NCBI GenBank assembly: GCA_046757485.1 | Contig: JBHHYJ010000001.1 | Location: 48,319 to 112,318 of the forward strand | Length of the DNA stretch: 64,000 nucleotides | Direction of reading: 5' to 3' | From: Gemmatimonadota bacterium | GTDB taxonomy: Bacteria; Gemmatimonadota; Gemmatimonadetes; Palauibacterales; Palauibacteraceae | Shown: positions 48,659-58,828 of the stretch, one piece after another | Position numbering within the stretch: position 1 is the stretch's first letter | Layout of the letters: the number at the start of each line of letters is the position of its first letter | The notes under the pieces: model-generated | The model's database searches: none | Seen by the model: the letters and a program-made list of their open reading frames with translations, nothing else | Told to the model about the DNA's origin: nothing | Translations under genes and position numbers: made by a program

Positions 48659-48678
48659 GCCGCCCGCTCCCCGGGCGG
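48659..48678. terminator. GC hairpin (CCGCCCG-ctccc-CGGGCGG) between convergent hup and the aminotransferase; no U tract
   Basis: 7-bp all-GC stem immediately after the hup stop codon. Confidence 0.35.
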
Positions 48679-48744
48679 TACACGGCGTTCCGCATCCGGA
48701 GCGTCGGGAGTATGGACGGGGTCCTCGAGTCCTTCGGCGACGCG

Positions 48745-49917
48745 TCAGGCTCGGAAGAAGGACCTCACCCTCTCCATCCCCTGCACGAGGGTCTCCTCGT
48801 GCACGGCGAAGCTGAAGCGCAGATGGCCGGGTGAGCCGAACGGCTCACCCGGAATCGCCGCGACGCCGCCTTCCATGAGCAGGCGTTCCGCCGTGTCGAG
48901 AGACGGCGAGCCGTCCCGGAGACGCGCGTAGAAGTAGATCGCTCCCGCAGGTTCCCGCACGGCGAGCTGCTCCACCTCGGAAAGCGACTCCATCCCGATC
49001 TGCCGGCAGCGCGCGAGGCGAGCCAGGAGATCCCGAATGGCGGTCTCCCGTTCGACGGAGCGTCCGAGGGCCGCCGCGGCGGCGTGCTGGGACGGAGTGA
49101 CGGCGCCGGAGGTCGTCTGGCTCTGATAGTCGGTCGCCCGATCGATGAGCCCGCGGGGTCCCGCGGCGAAACCGATCCTCCAGCCCGTCATACAGAGCGC
49201 CTTGGAGACCCCGTCCAGAAGAACGACGTGGTCGGGACGATCCTCCACATCCCACACGGAGGGGGCCGCGCCTCGGGCGTAGTGGAGTCGGCGATAGATC
49301 TCGTCCGACAGGAGCCACAGGCGATGCTCGCCGCACCAGGCGATGATCTCACCCAACCTCCGACGGTCGTACACGGCGCCGGTCGGGTTGCACGGGCTGT
49401 TGAGCAGCAGGCCCCTGGTCTTCTCCGTCCGGTGGGTCTCGAGAAGCTCCACGTCGGCCAGGAACCCGTCATCCCAGCGAGTCTCCACGACGACCGGTCG
49501 CGCTCCCGCCAGCTCCACCAGGCTCGGGTACGTCGGCCAGTACGGGGCCGGTACGAGCACCTCGTCGCCGGGTCCGAAGAGGCAGGTGATGCAGTTGTGG
49601 AGTGCCTGCTTCACGCCGGCGCTCACCAGCACGCTTCCGATGTCCGCGCTTGGATGAGCGGTCGTCTGGTCCAGATAGTCGACGATCGCCTGGCGGAGCT
49701 CCGGAATCCCGCGGGTCGGCGGATAGCCCGTGTGGCCGGATTCGATCGCCTCGATTCCTCCCCGCGCGGCGAACGCCGGGGTACCGAACGCGGGCTCGCC
49801 CGCGGACAGATCGATGACGGAACGCCCCGCCGCCTCGAGCTCCCGGGCGCGCGCCGCGAGGGCCAGCGTGGGTGAGGGCGTGAGAGACGCGACGTTCGGC
49901 GAGAAGCGCACGGCCAC
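48745..49917 (-). CDS. pyridoxal phosphate-dependent aminotransferase (class I, aspartate aminotransferase-like)
   Basis: PLP lysine context SKALCMTGWRIGF and the class-I fold motifs. Confidence 0.85.
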   Translation of the reverse strand: MAVRFSPNVASLTPSPTLALAARARELEAAGRSVIDLSAGEPAFGTPAFAARGGIEAIESGHTGYPPTRGIPELRQAIVDYLDQTTAHPSADIGSVLVSAGVKQALHNCITCLFGPGDEVLVPAPYWPTYPSLVELAGARPVVVETRWDDGFLADVELLETHRTEKTRGLLLNSPCNPTGAVYDRRRLGEIIAWCGEHRLWLLSDEIYRRLHYARGAAPSVWDVEDRPDHVVLLDGVSKALCMTGWRIGFAAGPRGLIDRATDYQSQTTSGAVTPSQHAAAAALGRSVERETAIRDLLARLARCRQIGMESLSEVEQLAVREPAGAIYFYARLRDGSPSLDTAERLLMEGGVAAIPGEPFGSPGHLRFSFAVHEETLVQGMERVRSFFRA

Positions 49918-50068
49918 CCGTTTCGTTGAAGGAAGATGGGGTTGCCCATATCTTCGGGACGAGGCGCCCGGCCGCGTCCGCGCGCGCTCGACCCGGGCGA
50001 CATTACGGGCGAAGCGTTCGGGACGTCAAGCAGGGGTTCGGCGGCGCCGCGCACGGGATTCTGAATCG

Positions 50069-50344
50069 ATGCAGCTGGAGACGACGACGACGCGGTCGCC
50101 TCGGGAGGTGATCCGGGCGGCGAAGGAGTTCCTCCTCGGCGAGGCCTCCGACCGCTCCGTTTGGCTGGAGCGGGAGAGCGACACGCACCTGAGTCTCGCG
50201 ACGTTTCGAGGAAACCTGGTCGTGGCCGCGTTTCCCGATCCGGAGGCTGCCGGGACCACCCGCGTGCGCGTCTCGACGCTCCGTCGGGAGCGGGTGGCGC
50301 CGCGCCTGCTCACGTTCCTGGGGACGCTGGACTCCCGTGGTTGA
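50069..50344 (+). CDS. hypothetical small protein (91 aa)
   Basis: ATG 50069. Its stop overlaps the moaD start. No recognisable motif. Confidence 0.3.
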   Translation: MQLETTTTRSPREVIRAAKEFLLGEASDRSVWLERESDTHLSLATFRGNLVVAAFPDPEAAGTTRVRVSTLRRERVAPRLLTFLGTLDSRG

Positions 50345-50618
50345 AGAAGGCGGCGCGAGGGTGACCGAAGCGCGGATTCGGGTGCGCGTTCGACTTTTCG
50401 GAATCTTCCGAGAGCTGGCCGGTGCGGAGGAACGGGAGGTGAGCCTGGCGCCGCGGAGCACCGTGCAGGAGCTGGTCGGCCGGCTCCGACAGGAGGCCGG
50501 ATGGGAGTTTCTGCCGCCCTCGCCCGCCGTGGCCGTGAACCGGGAGTACGCCGCCTCCGAACGTCGCCTGGCTGGAGGCGATGAGGTGGCGCTCATCCCG
50601 CCGGTCGCCGGAGGGTAG
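50337..50618 (+). CDS. moaD: molybdopterin synthase sulfur-carrier subunit MoaD
   Basis: Ubiquitin-like fold ending in the invariant C-terminal GG (PPVAGG*). The start may be an internal GTG. Confidence 0.7.
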   Translation: MVEEGGARVTEARIRVRVRLFGIFRELAGAEEREVSLAPRSTVQELVGRLRQEAGWEFLPPSPAVAVNREYAASERRLAGGDEVALIPPVAGG

Positions 50619-50621
50619 AGG

Positions 50622-51101
50622 ATGGCCAGCTCCTCAGGGGTGGGCGCGGCCGAGGTCCGGACGTGGATCACCGAGCGGCGACTGGAGCCGGAGGAGCTTG
50701 TCACGAAGCTCGGCACTCGGTCCGACGGGGCTGTTCTCCTCTTCGTGGGTCGCGTACGGGAGATGAACGCGGGTCGGCGCGTGACCCGTGTGGGATACGA
50801 GGCGTACCGCGAGATGGCGGAGGCCGAGCTGGCGGCCATCGTGCGGGAGGTGGCGGAGGAGTCTCCGGTCGGCGCGATCGCCGCCGTCCATCGCGTGGGC
50901 GTGCTGACTCTGGGGGAAGTGAGCGTGGCGGTCGCAGTGGCGGCGCCACACAGGGACGCCTGCTACGCGGCATCGCGGGCCGTCATCGAGGCGGTGAAGA
51001 AGCGTCTCCCGATCTGGAAGCGAGAAGAGTACGCCGACGGATCCGTCGCCTGGGTGGGGTCGGAGGGGATCCGGCAGGAATCGTCCGGGGTCTCGGGGTG
51101 A
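50622..51101 (+). CDS. moaE: molybdopterin synthase catalytic subunit MoaE
   Basis: MoaE conserved core (LLFVGRVRE...VGYEAY...VAVAAPHR). Confidence 0.8.
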   Translation: MASSSGVGAAEVRTWITERRLEPEELVTKLGTRSDGAVLLFVGRVREMNAGRRVTRVGYEAYREMAEAELAAIVREVAEESPVGAIAAVHRVGVLTLGEVSVAVAVAAPHRDACYAASRAVIEAVKKRLPIWKREEYADGSVAWVGSEGIRQESSGVSG

Positions 51102-51123
51102 GCGGCGTGGGGGAAGGCGAGAG

Positions 51124-52104
51124 ATGAGAGACGCCTTCGGCCGCCGGATCAGCTACCTGCGGATCTCCGTTACGGACAAGTGCAACCTCCGGTGCAGCTA
51201 CTGTATGCCGGTGGAAGGGCTGGAATGGATTCCCAGGCCCGCCCTTCTCTCCTACGAAGAGATCGTCCGCATCGTGGAGCAGATGGCCGAGATGGGGCTG
51301 GAGCGGGTGCGGATAACCGGCGGGGAACCGCTCGTCCGGCGGGATCTTCCCGTACTCGCCCGCATGCTCGCCGATGTTCCGGGGATTCGGGACATCGCGC
51401 TGTCCACGAACGCCGTGCTCCTCCCCCGGTTCGCCGCCGAGCTCCGTCGAGCGGGCGTCCGGCGCGTGAACATCAGCCTCGACACCCTGCGCCGGGAGCG
51501 CTTCGAGTCGCTGGCGCGGCGCCCGGCGCGTTTCTTCGACGCCACCCTGGAAGGAATCGCGGCGGCGGAGCGGGTCGGCTTCGACCCGATCAAGATCAAC
51601 TGCGTCATGCTCCGGGGCCTGAACGAGGACGAGTTCCCCGAGTTCGCCGCGATGACCAAGGTGCGGCCGTGGCACGTGCGCTTTATCGAGCTGATGCCGG
51701 TGGCCGAGAACCTGCACCTGTCGGATCGCTTCATCTCCGCGACGGAGATGCTCGAGAGGATCCGGCGACGGGAGGACGTGAAGCCGGTGCCGGGCCCGCC
51801 GGGCAACGGACCGGCACGCTATTTCCGGTTAGACGGAGCGCCCGGCACCCTGGGGGTCATCACCCCGCTGTCGCACAACTATTGCCAGAGGTGCAATCGG
51901 ATGCGGCTCACGGCGGACGGGCGGCTGCGCACGTGCCTGTTCGGGGATCACGAGGTGGACCTGAAGGGACCCCTTCGCCGAACGGGAGATGTGCGGGCCG
52001 CGGTCCGCGAGGCCCTGGCGGGGAAGCCGCGCCGGCACTACCTGCAGCTCGGAACCTCGCGCGGAAGCGGTGGGCTGTCCGCGCTGAGCCAGGTCGGAGG
52101 TTGA
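51124..52104 (+). CDS. moaA: GTP 3',8-cyclase MoaA (radical SAM)
   Basis: CNLRCSYC radical-SAM cluster. C-terminal CQRCNRMRLTADG auxiliary cluster motif. Confidence 0.9.
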   Translation: MRDAFGRRISYLRISVTDKCNLRCSYCMPVEGLEWIPRPALLSYEEIVRIVEQMAEMGLERVRITGGEPLVRRDLPVLARMLADVPGIRDIALSTNAVLLPRFAAELRRAGVRRVNISLDTLRRERFESLARRPARFFDATLEGIAAAERVGFDPIKINCVMLRGLNEDEFPEFAAMTKVRPWHVRFIELMPVAENLHLSDRFISATEMLERIRRREDVKPVPGPPGNGPARYFRLDGAPGTLGVITPLSHNYCQRCNRMRLTADGRLRTCLFGDHEVDLKGPLRRTGDVRAAVREALAGKPRRHYLQLGTSRGSGGLSALSQVGG

Positions 52105-52108
52105 GAGC

Positions 52109-52351
52109 GTGACGTACGAGGAGCGGCAGCGCTATCGAGAGCTGAAGGAGCGGCTGGAGCTCCTGGTGGCCGACCTGGCCGAGGGCGAGACGGACGTTCC
52201 GGTCACGCGGGGCGAGGCCAGGGAGATCCTGGAGATCCTCGAGGAGATCGTAATGGGTCTGAGTCCGGAGCGCTGGGACCGGGCCATGGACGCGATCGCG
52301 GAAGAGGCGGCGAGACGGGCCGGAGCCCTGGCTCTCGCGCGCCAGCCCTGA
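52109..52351 (+). CDS. hypothetical small acidic protein (80 aa)
   Basis: GTG start 4 bp after the moaA stop. Helical, charged. No recognisable motif. Confidence 0.3.
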   Translation: MTYEERQRYRELKERLELLVADLAEGETDVPVTRGEAREILEILEEIVMGLSPERWDRAMDAIAEEAARRAGALALARQP

Positions 52352-52460
52352 GGCCCGCTCGGCGGAGCCGCCACGGATCGGGGCGCATTCCGGGGCCCGT
52401 GGTACCCCCGAGGGGTGCCACGGGCCCGGATGCATACATGCGACAGGCAAGGGGAAAGGG

Positions 52461-53393
52461 ATGGAGAAGATCACGGTCGTAGGGGCGGGACACGTGGGCG
52501 CGACCACGGCCCAGCGCATCGCTGAACGGGAGCTGGCCCGGGAGGTCGTGCTCGTCGACATCGTCGAGGGCCTGCCGCAAGGCAAGGCGCTGGATCAGTG
52601 GGAGTCGGCCCCCGTCCAGGGCTTCGACACGCGGGTGCGGGGCAGCGAGTCGTACGAGGAAACGGCAGGCTCCGGGCTCTACGTGGTCACGGCAGGGCTG
52701 GCCAGAAAGCCGGGCATGAGCCGCGACGACCTGGTGACCAAGAACGCCTCCATCATCCGGGGGATCAGCGAGCAGATTCGCGTTCACAGCCCCGGCGCGA
52801 TCCTCGTCATGGTCACCAACCCCCTGGACGTCATGGCGTACGTGGCGAAGGAGGTCACGGGCTTTCCTCGGCGGCGGGTCGTGGGGATGGCCGGGGTGCT
52901 GGACACCGCGCGCTTCCGGAGCTTCATCGCGATGGAGCTCCAGGTGAGCGTGGAGGACGTCCAGGCGCTCGTCCTGGGAGGCCACGGCGACAGCATGGTT
53001 CCCGTCGTCAGCACCGTGTCGGTCGGGGGGATCCCGTTGACGCAGCTTCTCCCCGCCGAGCGGATCGAACGGCTGGTGGACCGGACGAGGAAGGGGGGCG
53101 GGGAGATCGTGGGGCTGCTGAAGACGGGCAGTGCATACTATGCCCCGTCGGCCGCCGCGGCCCAGATGGTGGAGTCCATCGTCCGAGACAAGAAACGCGT
53201 GCTCCCCTGCGCGGCGTGGCTGGAGGGGGAGTATGGCCTCGAGGGCCTCTTTCTGGGCGTTCCGTGCAAGCTGGGGCGAGGCGGCGTGGAGGCGATTCTA
53301 CAGGTCGGGCTGAACGCGGAGGAGCGGGCGGCTCTGAAGCGCTCCGCGGATGCCGTCCGTGCCACGATGGAACTCCTCGGGACCGGCTTCTAG
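52461..53393 (+). CDS. mdh: malate dehydrogenase (LDH-like type)
   Basis: NAD motif ITVVGAGHVGATTA. Substrate Arg contexts. 310 aa. Confidence 0.9.
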   Translation: MEKITVVGAGHVGATTAQRIAERELAREVVLVDIVEGLPQGKALDQWESAPVQGFDTRVRGSESYEETAGSGLYVVTAGLARKPGMSRDDLVTKNASIIRGISEQIRVHSPGAILVMVTNPLDVMAYVAKEVTGFPRRRVVGMAGVLDTARFRSFIAMELQVSVEDVQALVLGGHGDSMVPVVSTVSVGGIPLTQLLPAERIERLVDRTRKGGGEIVGLLKTGSAYYAPSAAAAQMVESIVRDKKRVLPCAAWLEGEYGLEGLFLGVPCKLGRGGVEAILQVGLNAEERAALKRSADAVRATMELLGTGF

Positions 53394-53420
53394 AAGCCTT
53401 TTAACGTTTCGGAGTCGGGG
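53390..53420 (+). repeat. REP-like element, partial copy (CTAGAAGCCTTTTAACGTTTCGG...); its TAG is the mdh stop codon
   Basis: Shares the CTAGAAGCCT head. Confidence 0.4.
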
Positions 53421-53509
53421 CGCGTCACCACAGCAGGTCGCCGGCGTACTCGAGCGACCGAGGGAAGGCACGCAGGAGAGGAACTCCGGGGGAGGGACCA
53501 GGAGCGAGC

Positions 53510-54517
53510 ATGATGAAAACGTGGAAGTTGGGAGCGATCGCTTTGCTGGCCGCCGGCGCCGCGGCGTGCGGAGAAGGAGTGACGGAGGCGCCCGAGGCTC
53601 CCGCCCCCGGGAGCGACGTGGAGCTCCAGGTGGCGGCGGATCCGGCGCTGGCCGGGGCCACGATGAGCGAGGCGGAGACCTCCACCGATCCGCTTCCCGA
53701 AGAGGTCCGGGCGAAGCTCGAGACGTGCCGCGCGATCTTCGCCGAGGCGCGGGACGCGTTTCACGCCGGCAAACCCGAGCAAGCGCGAGAGCTGGCTCGC
53801 CAGGGGAGGCGCTGCGTGGCCGAGGCGATTCTGATGGCGAGGGGGGAGGCGGGGATCGCCCACCTTTTCGAGCGGGTCGCCGAGCTGCTCGAGCGCCTCG
53901 TCGATGCGTCCGATGAGTTCGATCGGGCCGGTGAGCTGGCGAGCCGGATCGGCGGCTTGCTGCGGGAGGCGAAGGCGGCCGCCGATGAGGGTGACCTGGT
54001 CACCGCGGGGGAACGTCTCCTGTTCGCCCTCCAGATCGCGGATCACTTCCGGGTGCGGCACCCCGACAACCGGGCGACTCCGGAAGCGGCTCGCTTTTAC
54101 GTGGCCCGTGCCAGGGCGGCCCTCGCGCTGGCGGAACGCTGCATCGGAGACGGGCCTACGGAGAGCCAGATCGTGCTACTGAGGCGCGCCGCCGGCCTGA
54201 CCCGCGCCGCCCAGGAGGCGGCCGAGGCAGGGCTGAACGCGCGAGCCGTCCACCTGGCGGCACGAGCCGAGGGAGTGGCCCTGATCGCCGTCTTCGACGG
54301 CGAGCCGAGCGAGGTCGAAGTCGGCCAGATCGTCGAGAAGACGCAGGCGCTGCTGCGCGAGGCGGCGGAGCGCGACCTGGGGCCGGAGCAGCAGAAGCTG
54401 TTGCAGCTGTCCGTGCGGCTGTTCGAGCGAGGCCTGTCGGAGCTTCGAGCGGGGAACCTGCGGGGGATCGCGCTCGTGTGGAAGGCGGGCGTGAGCGCCG
54501 TGCTTCTGCTTTCGTAG
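53510..54517 (+). CDS. hypothetical alpha-helical lipoprotein
   Basis: Lipoprotein signal (LLAAGAAAC). Ala/Glu/Arg-rich helical repeats. Confidence 0.55.
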   Translation: MMKTWKLGAIALLAAGAAACGEGVTEAPEAPAPGSDVELQVAADPALAGATMSEAETSTDPLPEEVRAKLETCRAIFAEARDAFHAGKPEQARELARQGRRCVAEAILMARGEAGIAHLFERVAELLERLVDASDEFDRAGELASRIGGLLREAKAAADEGDLVTAGERLLFALQIADHFRVRHPDNRATPEAARFYVARARAALALAERCIGDGPTESQIVLLRRAAGLTRAAQEAAEAGLNARAVHLAARAEGVALIAVFDGEPSEVEVGQIVEKTQALLREAAERDLGPEQQKLLQLSVRLFERGLSELRAGNLRGIALVWKAGVSAVLLLS

Positions 54518-54610
54518 GTAGCGTCGCGGGCGGGAGCGGGCCGCGGCCTCAGCGCTGGGGCGGCTCGGTGCGTTGGGACGGGGCCGGTGCTCGTTGGCGC
54601 CGGCCCCGCG

Positions 54611-55966
54611 CTACGTGATCGGCACCTCCGCCTCGTGGAGCGGGCGGACGATGGATAGCTCCCCGCGCTCCGCCAGGTCCACTCGCCGGGCTTCGCCGAG
54701 CGGGTTCCAGTCCGCGTCCCACAACACCTCGAGGGTCGGGCGCATGAGATTCTGGGAGTTGGCGGCCACGACGCGGCCGATCTCGCCCGTGCTGAGCTGC
54801 ACGTAGCTGTCGATGGGGAAGACGGAAATCTCGCTCGCCAGGGCGTCCACCAGCTCGGCGGCGAAGTAGTCGCCACGCATGGCGCTCACCTTCTCGAGGG
54901 CGTCGTACAGGGTGAACGGGGAGCGGAAGCTCCGTACCTGGGTGAGGGCCTCGAAGACGTCCGCTACGCCGAGCACCCGGGCAATCCCGTCGATCTCCCC
55001 TCCCGCCAGGCCCTCCGGATACCCCTGGCCGCGGTGTCGCTCGTGCTCCTGGCGCACGGCCGTCCGCAGCCAGCTCCACTCCTCGCCGAACGCCTCGAGG
55101 ATCTCGGCCCCGTACACGGGGTGGCGCTGCATCTCCTCGCGCTCGGCCGAGGAAAGGGGCCCCTCCTTGTGGAGGATCCGCTCCGGAATCCGCATCATCC
55201 CGAGGTCGTGGATGAGACCCGCCTGGATGACCCGGAGCGTTTCCCCCAGCGACAGGCCGAGGGCGATCGCGACCTTGCCGGCGATCGTCGCGACGTTCAC
55301 GCAGTGGTGGGCCAGATCGAACCGCGCATACGGCTCGAGTGCCTGCAGAAAGAGCAGATTGGACTGGAGCAGAGCGGTGTGCGTCCGCTCGGCAAGGGTG
55401 GCCAGCGGCGCCAGGTTCAGCGCCTCGCCCCGAGCCACCGCATCCAGCGTCTCGCGCACGTAGCCCACGGTGCGAGCGTACATCGGTCGGGTGCTGAAGC
55501 GGGTCGGTCGCCGGACCCTGACGGGCGGGGTCGCGCCCTCTCGCGGTCGGGTGTCGACGGTCTCCGTACCGGGAGCCACAAAGGCCCGACACAGCGTGGC
55601 CAGGGTGGCCGCACCGATGGGCCGTGAGAGGAAGCACTCGGTTCCCCAGCCGGGACCGAGCACCTCGGCGGGCGACTGCCCTTCGCCGAGAAGCGCGATC
55701 ACGGGCGGGGCGGAACCGCCTTCCCGCAGGGAGGCCAGGAAACGCTCGGCGGCGAGCCCCGGATGCTCCGCGTCGATGAGGAGGAGTCGCGTGTCCGGTC
55801 GCCTGGCGGCGGTTAGGGCGGCGTCGGGATCGCGGCAGAGACGGACCCCGAGCCGGGCCTGCCGGAGCCCCTCTTCGGTGGCACGGTCCCGGTCGCTCGC
55901 GCCCGAGAGCAGGACCACGACCCGCGGAGTGCGCCCCTCGGCCGTCTCCTCGCCCGGCTTCCGCAT
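54611..55966 (-). CDS. HD-GYP domain phosphodiesterase with a degenerate N-terminal receiver-like domain
   Basis: HD motif (LAHHCVNVA...LIHDLG) and GYP motif (HERHRGQGYPEGL). Start chosen at Met 55966 (RBS GGAGGTGAG). Confidence 0.8.
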   Translation of the reverse strand: MRKPGEETAEGRTPRVVVLLSGASDRDRATEEGLRQARLGVRLCRDPDAALTAARRPDTRLLLIDAEHPGLAAERFLASLREGGSAPPVIALLGEGQSPAEVLGPGWGTECFLSRPIGAATLATLCRAFVAPGTETVDTRPREGATPPVRVRRPTRFSTRPMYARTVGYVRETLDAVARGEALNLAPLATLAERTHTALLQSNLLFLQALEPYARFDLAHHCVNVATIAGKVAIALGLSLGETLRVIQAGLIHDLGMMRIPERILHKEGPLSSAEREEMQRHPVYGAEILEAFGEEWSWLRTAVRQEHERHRGQGYPEGLAGGEIDGIARVLGVADVFEALTQVRSFRSPFTLYDALEKVSAMRGDYFAAELVDALASEISVFPIDSYVQLSTGEIGRVVAANSQNLMRPTLEVLWDADWNPLGEARRVDLAERGELSIVRPLHEAEVPIT

Positions 55967-56104
55967 CTCACCTCCCCTCCATACAGGGCGACCGAGGCGA
56001 TCCTGCCCCGGCACGGACCCACGGGACCTGGCCGGCGAACGGCTAAAGATAATCGAGCTGGCGGATTCTCGCCCACCCGATTCGGGTCCCCGGGTCGGGG
56101 CGCC

Positions 56105-56659
56105 TCACAGGCGCGGCGGCGTCACTCCGGTCTGCTTCTGATACTTGCCTCGCCGCTCCGCGTAGCTCACCTCACACTCCTCGTCGGACTCGAAGAAGAG
56201 GACCTGGGCGATTCCCTCCTCGGCGTAGATGCGGGCGGGCAGGGGGGTCGTGTTGCTGATCTCCAGCGTCACGTGGCCCTCCCACTGAGGCTCGAACGGG
56301 GTCACGTTCGTGATGATCCCGCATCGGGCGTACGTGGACTTGCCGACGCACACGGTGAGGACGTTGCGCGGGATGCGGAAGTACTCCACGGAGCGGGCGA
56401 GAGCGAAGGAGTTGGGCGGAATCACGCACGACGCGCCCTGCACCTCGATGAACGACCGCTCGTCGAACGCCTTCGGGTCCACGAGCTGCGCGATCGCGTT
56501 GTGGAAGATCCGGAACTCGTCCGCCACCCGCATGTCGTACCCGTAGCTGCTCAGGCCGTACGAGATGACGCCCGCTCGGACCTGGCGGTCCTCGAACGGC
56601 TCGATCATCCCGTGCTCCAGCGCCATCCGGCGGATCCAGCGGTCGCTCTTGATCGTCAT
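56105..56659 (-). CDS. dcd: dCTP deaminase
   Basis: 184-aa dUTPase-fold protein (GYDMRV...[13 protein letters not shown]); RBS GGAGAGGA. Confidence 0.9.
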   Translation of the reverse strand: MTIKSDRWIRRMALEHGMIEPFEDRQVRAGVISYGLSSYGYDMRVADEFRIFHNAIAQLVDPKAFDERSFIEVQGASCVIPPNSFALARSVEYFRIPRNVLTVCVGKSTYARCGIITNVTPFEPQWEGHVTLEISNTTPLPARIYAEEGIAQVLFFESDEECEVSYAERRGKYQKQTGVTPPRL

Positions 56660-57501
56660 CCTGTCGTCCTCTCCCGTCTCCCCTCCAGGATCTCCCGGTA
56701 CGTCTCCTCCACCGCTCGGGCGATCGCCTCCGGACGCTCCTGCGGGATCACGTGGCCGGCCCCGCGCAGCACCTCGAAGCGCAGGCCGAGTCGGGCCGCC
56801 AGGCGCCCGGGCGCCTCGACCCCGATGCGTCGGTCCCGGTCGCCGGCCAGCACCCGGCCCGCCAGGGACCGGGTGGGAAGGCGACCCGCGAGCTCGGCGG
56901 GATGCCACTCCGCCAGGGCGCGAAGGAGGGTCGTAGCTCGCCGCGGGCTCCGGTACGGCCCGGCGAAGCGTTCGACCGTGACTCGAGTCGGCCTCGTGCC
57001 GGGGCCGTACGCCCGGCGAAGCAGATGGCGGGCGAGGGGCCTCCGCGCGGGCACGAGGAGGCCCGCCAGGACCCGGCGCGTGGCCGGCCGCCCGAGGATC
57101 CGCAGCAGCCTCGGGCGATGCGTCCAGGGCGTAACCGGATTCGCGAGCACGAGGCCGGCGACGCCGTGCTCCTCTGCGGCCAACGCGGCGGCCAAGGCCG
57201 CGCCCTGTGAGTGACCCACAAGAATCAGAGGGGCGAGCTCGCAACGCGCGAGCAGCTCCCTGATCCGCTCCAGCTCCCGGCTCAGCCGATAGCTCGCCTC
57301 CGGTCTGGCCTCCGACTCCCCGCGGCTCAACAGGTCCGGCAGGCAGAGGGTGAAGCGGGCCCGGAGCGGCCTTAGGACCGGCGCCCAGACCTGCCGGTGA
57401 GCGCTGAGGCCGTGCAGCAGCAGCACGGAGGGCCCGGATCCGAGCAGCTCTACCGGGACCGTGCCGTCGCGAAGCGTGACGTACCGGGGCGGCTTCTCCA
57501 T
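56656..57501 (-). CDS. alpha/beta hydrolase
   Basis: HG oxyanion motif LLLHGLS. Nucleophile elbow GHSQG. ATGA overlap with dcd. Confidence 0.75.
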   Translation of the reverse strand: MEKPPRYVTLRDGTVPVELLGSGPSVLLLHGLSAHRQVWAPVLRPLRARFTLCLPDLLSRGESEARPEASYRLSRELERIRELLARCELAPLILVGHSQGAALAAALAAEEHGVAGLVLANPVTPWTHRPRLLRILGRPATRRVLAGLLVPARRPLARHLLRRAYGPGTRPTRVTVERFAGPYRSPRRATTLLRALAEWHPAELAGRLPTRSLAGRVLAGDRDRRIGVEAPGRLAARLGLRFEVLRGAGHVIPQERPEAIARAVEETYREILEGRRERTTG

Positions 57502-57668
57502 CGGCCTCCTGTCCGGCCCGCAGAATCGCCGCGGGAATATGACGGGCCTCTCCCGGGGCGGCAACCGGTCCCCGTGGCCCAGGCGGAAGCGCGGCGGAGC
57601 GACGGTGAGTCGAGCCGATTCGCTTCCTTGCTCGCCCGTCGCGGCCCCGCTATCTTCGCAACGTCTCA

Positions 57669-57684
57669 AGTGAATTCTTTCACA
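57669..57684 (+). promoter_or_regulatory. CRP/FNR-type palindrome AGTGA-N6-TCACA about 30 bp upstream of the nuoA start codon
   Basis: 15 of 16 positions match TGTGA-N6-TCACA. Lies in a locally AT-rich stretch of the nuo promoter region. Confidence 0.25.
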
Positions 57685-57710
57685 AGGGGATAGATCGGAA
57701 GCGGGCGGGC

Positions 57711-58067
57711 ATGCTCGACGGCTACGTGGGCATCCTATTCCTGGGAATCGTGGGTGTGGCCAACGGCGCCATGCTCATGGCCATGGCGCACATGGTCGGC
57801 TCTCGGCGGGCCACGGCGGTGAAGGGAAGTCCGTATGAGTCCGGCATCGTGCCGCTGGGCAGCACGCGCGAGCGGTACTCGGTGAACTTCTACATCGTCG
57901 CGATGTTGTTCATCGTGCTGGACATCGAGACGCTCTTCCTCATTCCGTGGGCCGTCGTCTTCCGTCGCCTGGGCCTCTTCGGGTTCCTCGAGATGCTTCT
58001 CTTCATCCTGGTGGTGGGCGTGGGCCTCGTGTATGCCTGGCGGAAAGGGGCGCTCGAATGGGACTGA
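57711..58067 (+). CDS. nuoA: NADH-quinone oxidoreductase subunit A
   Basis: Three-TM NuoA/ND3 pattern. Confidence 0.9.
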   Translation: MLDGYVGILFLGIVGVANGAMLMAMAHMVGSRRATAVKGSPYESGIVPLGSTRERYSVNFYIVAMLFIVLDIETLFLIPWAVVFRRLGLFGFLEMLLFILVVGVGLVYAWRKGALEWD

Positions 58068-58089
58068 GGAGGCGTGCAGGACGGGGCGC

Positions 58090-58794
58090 ATGACGCGCAG
58101 GCTGACGGTCCTTCCGGAGACGCCCGGTTCGGGGCGCGAGGCTGTCGACACGGGCGTGCCCCGCAACTGGATGACGACCCGCCTGGACTACGTCATCAAT
58201 TGGGCCCGGCGCAACTCGTTGTGGCCGATGCCGTTCGGCACGGCGTGCTGTGCGATCGAGATGATGGCGGCGGCGGCCTCCAAGTACGACATCGGGCGCT
58301 TCGGCATGGAGCGCATGTCGTTCAGCCCGCGACAGGCGGACCTCATGATCGTCGCGGGACGGGTGAGCTACAAGCTGGCGCCGGTGCTGCGCACGATATG
58401 GGATCAGATGCCGCAACCGAAGTGGTGCGTCTCGATGGGGGCCTGCGCCAGCTCCGGCGGGATGTTCGACAACTACACGATCGTCCAGGGCATCGACCAG
58501 ATCATCCCGGTCGATGTGTACGTGCCCGGCTGCCCACCCCGGCCGGAAGGGCTCATCTACGGGCTTCTCATGATTCAGGAGAAGATCAAAGGCGAGTCTC
58601 TCGCCGACCCCGTCGCCCGTCAGGAAGAAGCGACCTCGGTCGGCCGGCCGAACCTCCCGCCGGAAGCGGTCGAGCTGGTGGCCCAACCGTTCGGCAACTC
58701 GACCCGCCAGAACCGCCCGAGCGGCCTCGCCCCGACTTCGGCGGTGAACAGGCCGGCCGATCGGCGGGAACGCCGTCTGGAGCACCGGGACTGA
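58090..58794 (+). CDS. nuoB: NADH-quinone oxidoreductase subunit B
   Basis: N2 cluster cysteines ([10 protein letters not shown]...[12 protein letters not shown]...CPP). Confidence 0.9.
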   Translation: MTRRLTVLPETPGSGREAVDTGVPRNWMTTRLDYVINWARRNSLWPMPFGTACCAIEMMAAAASKYDIGRFGMERMSFSPRQADLMIVAGRVSYKLAPVLRTIWDQMPQPKWCVSMGACASSGGMFDNYTIVQGIDQIIPVDVYVPGCPPRPEGLIYGLLMIQEKIKGESLADPVARQEEATSVGRPNLPPEAVELVAQPFGNSTRQNRPSGLAPTSAVNRPADRRERRLEHRD

Positions 58795-58828
58795 CGGTGT
58801 TGGCGGCCGCTTACCCCTCCCCGTCCGG

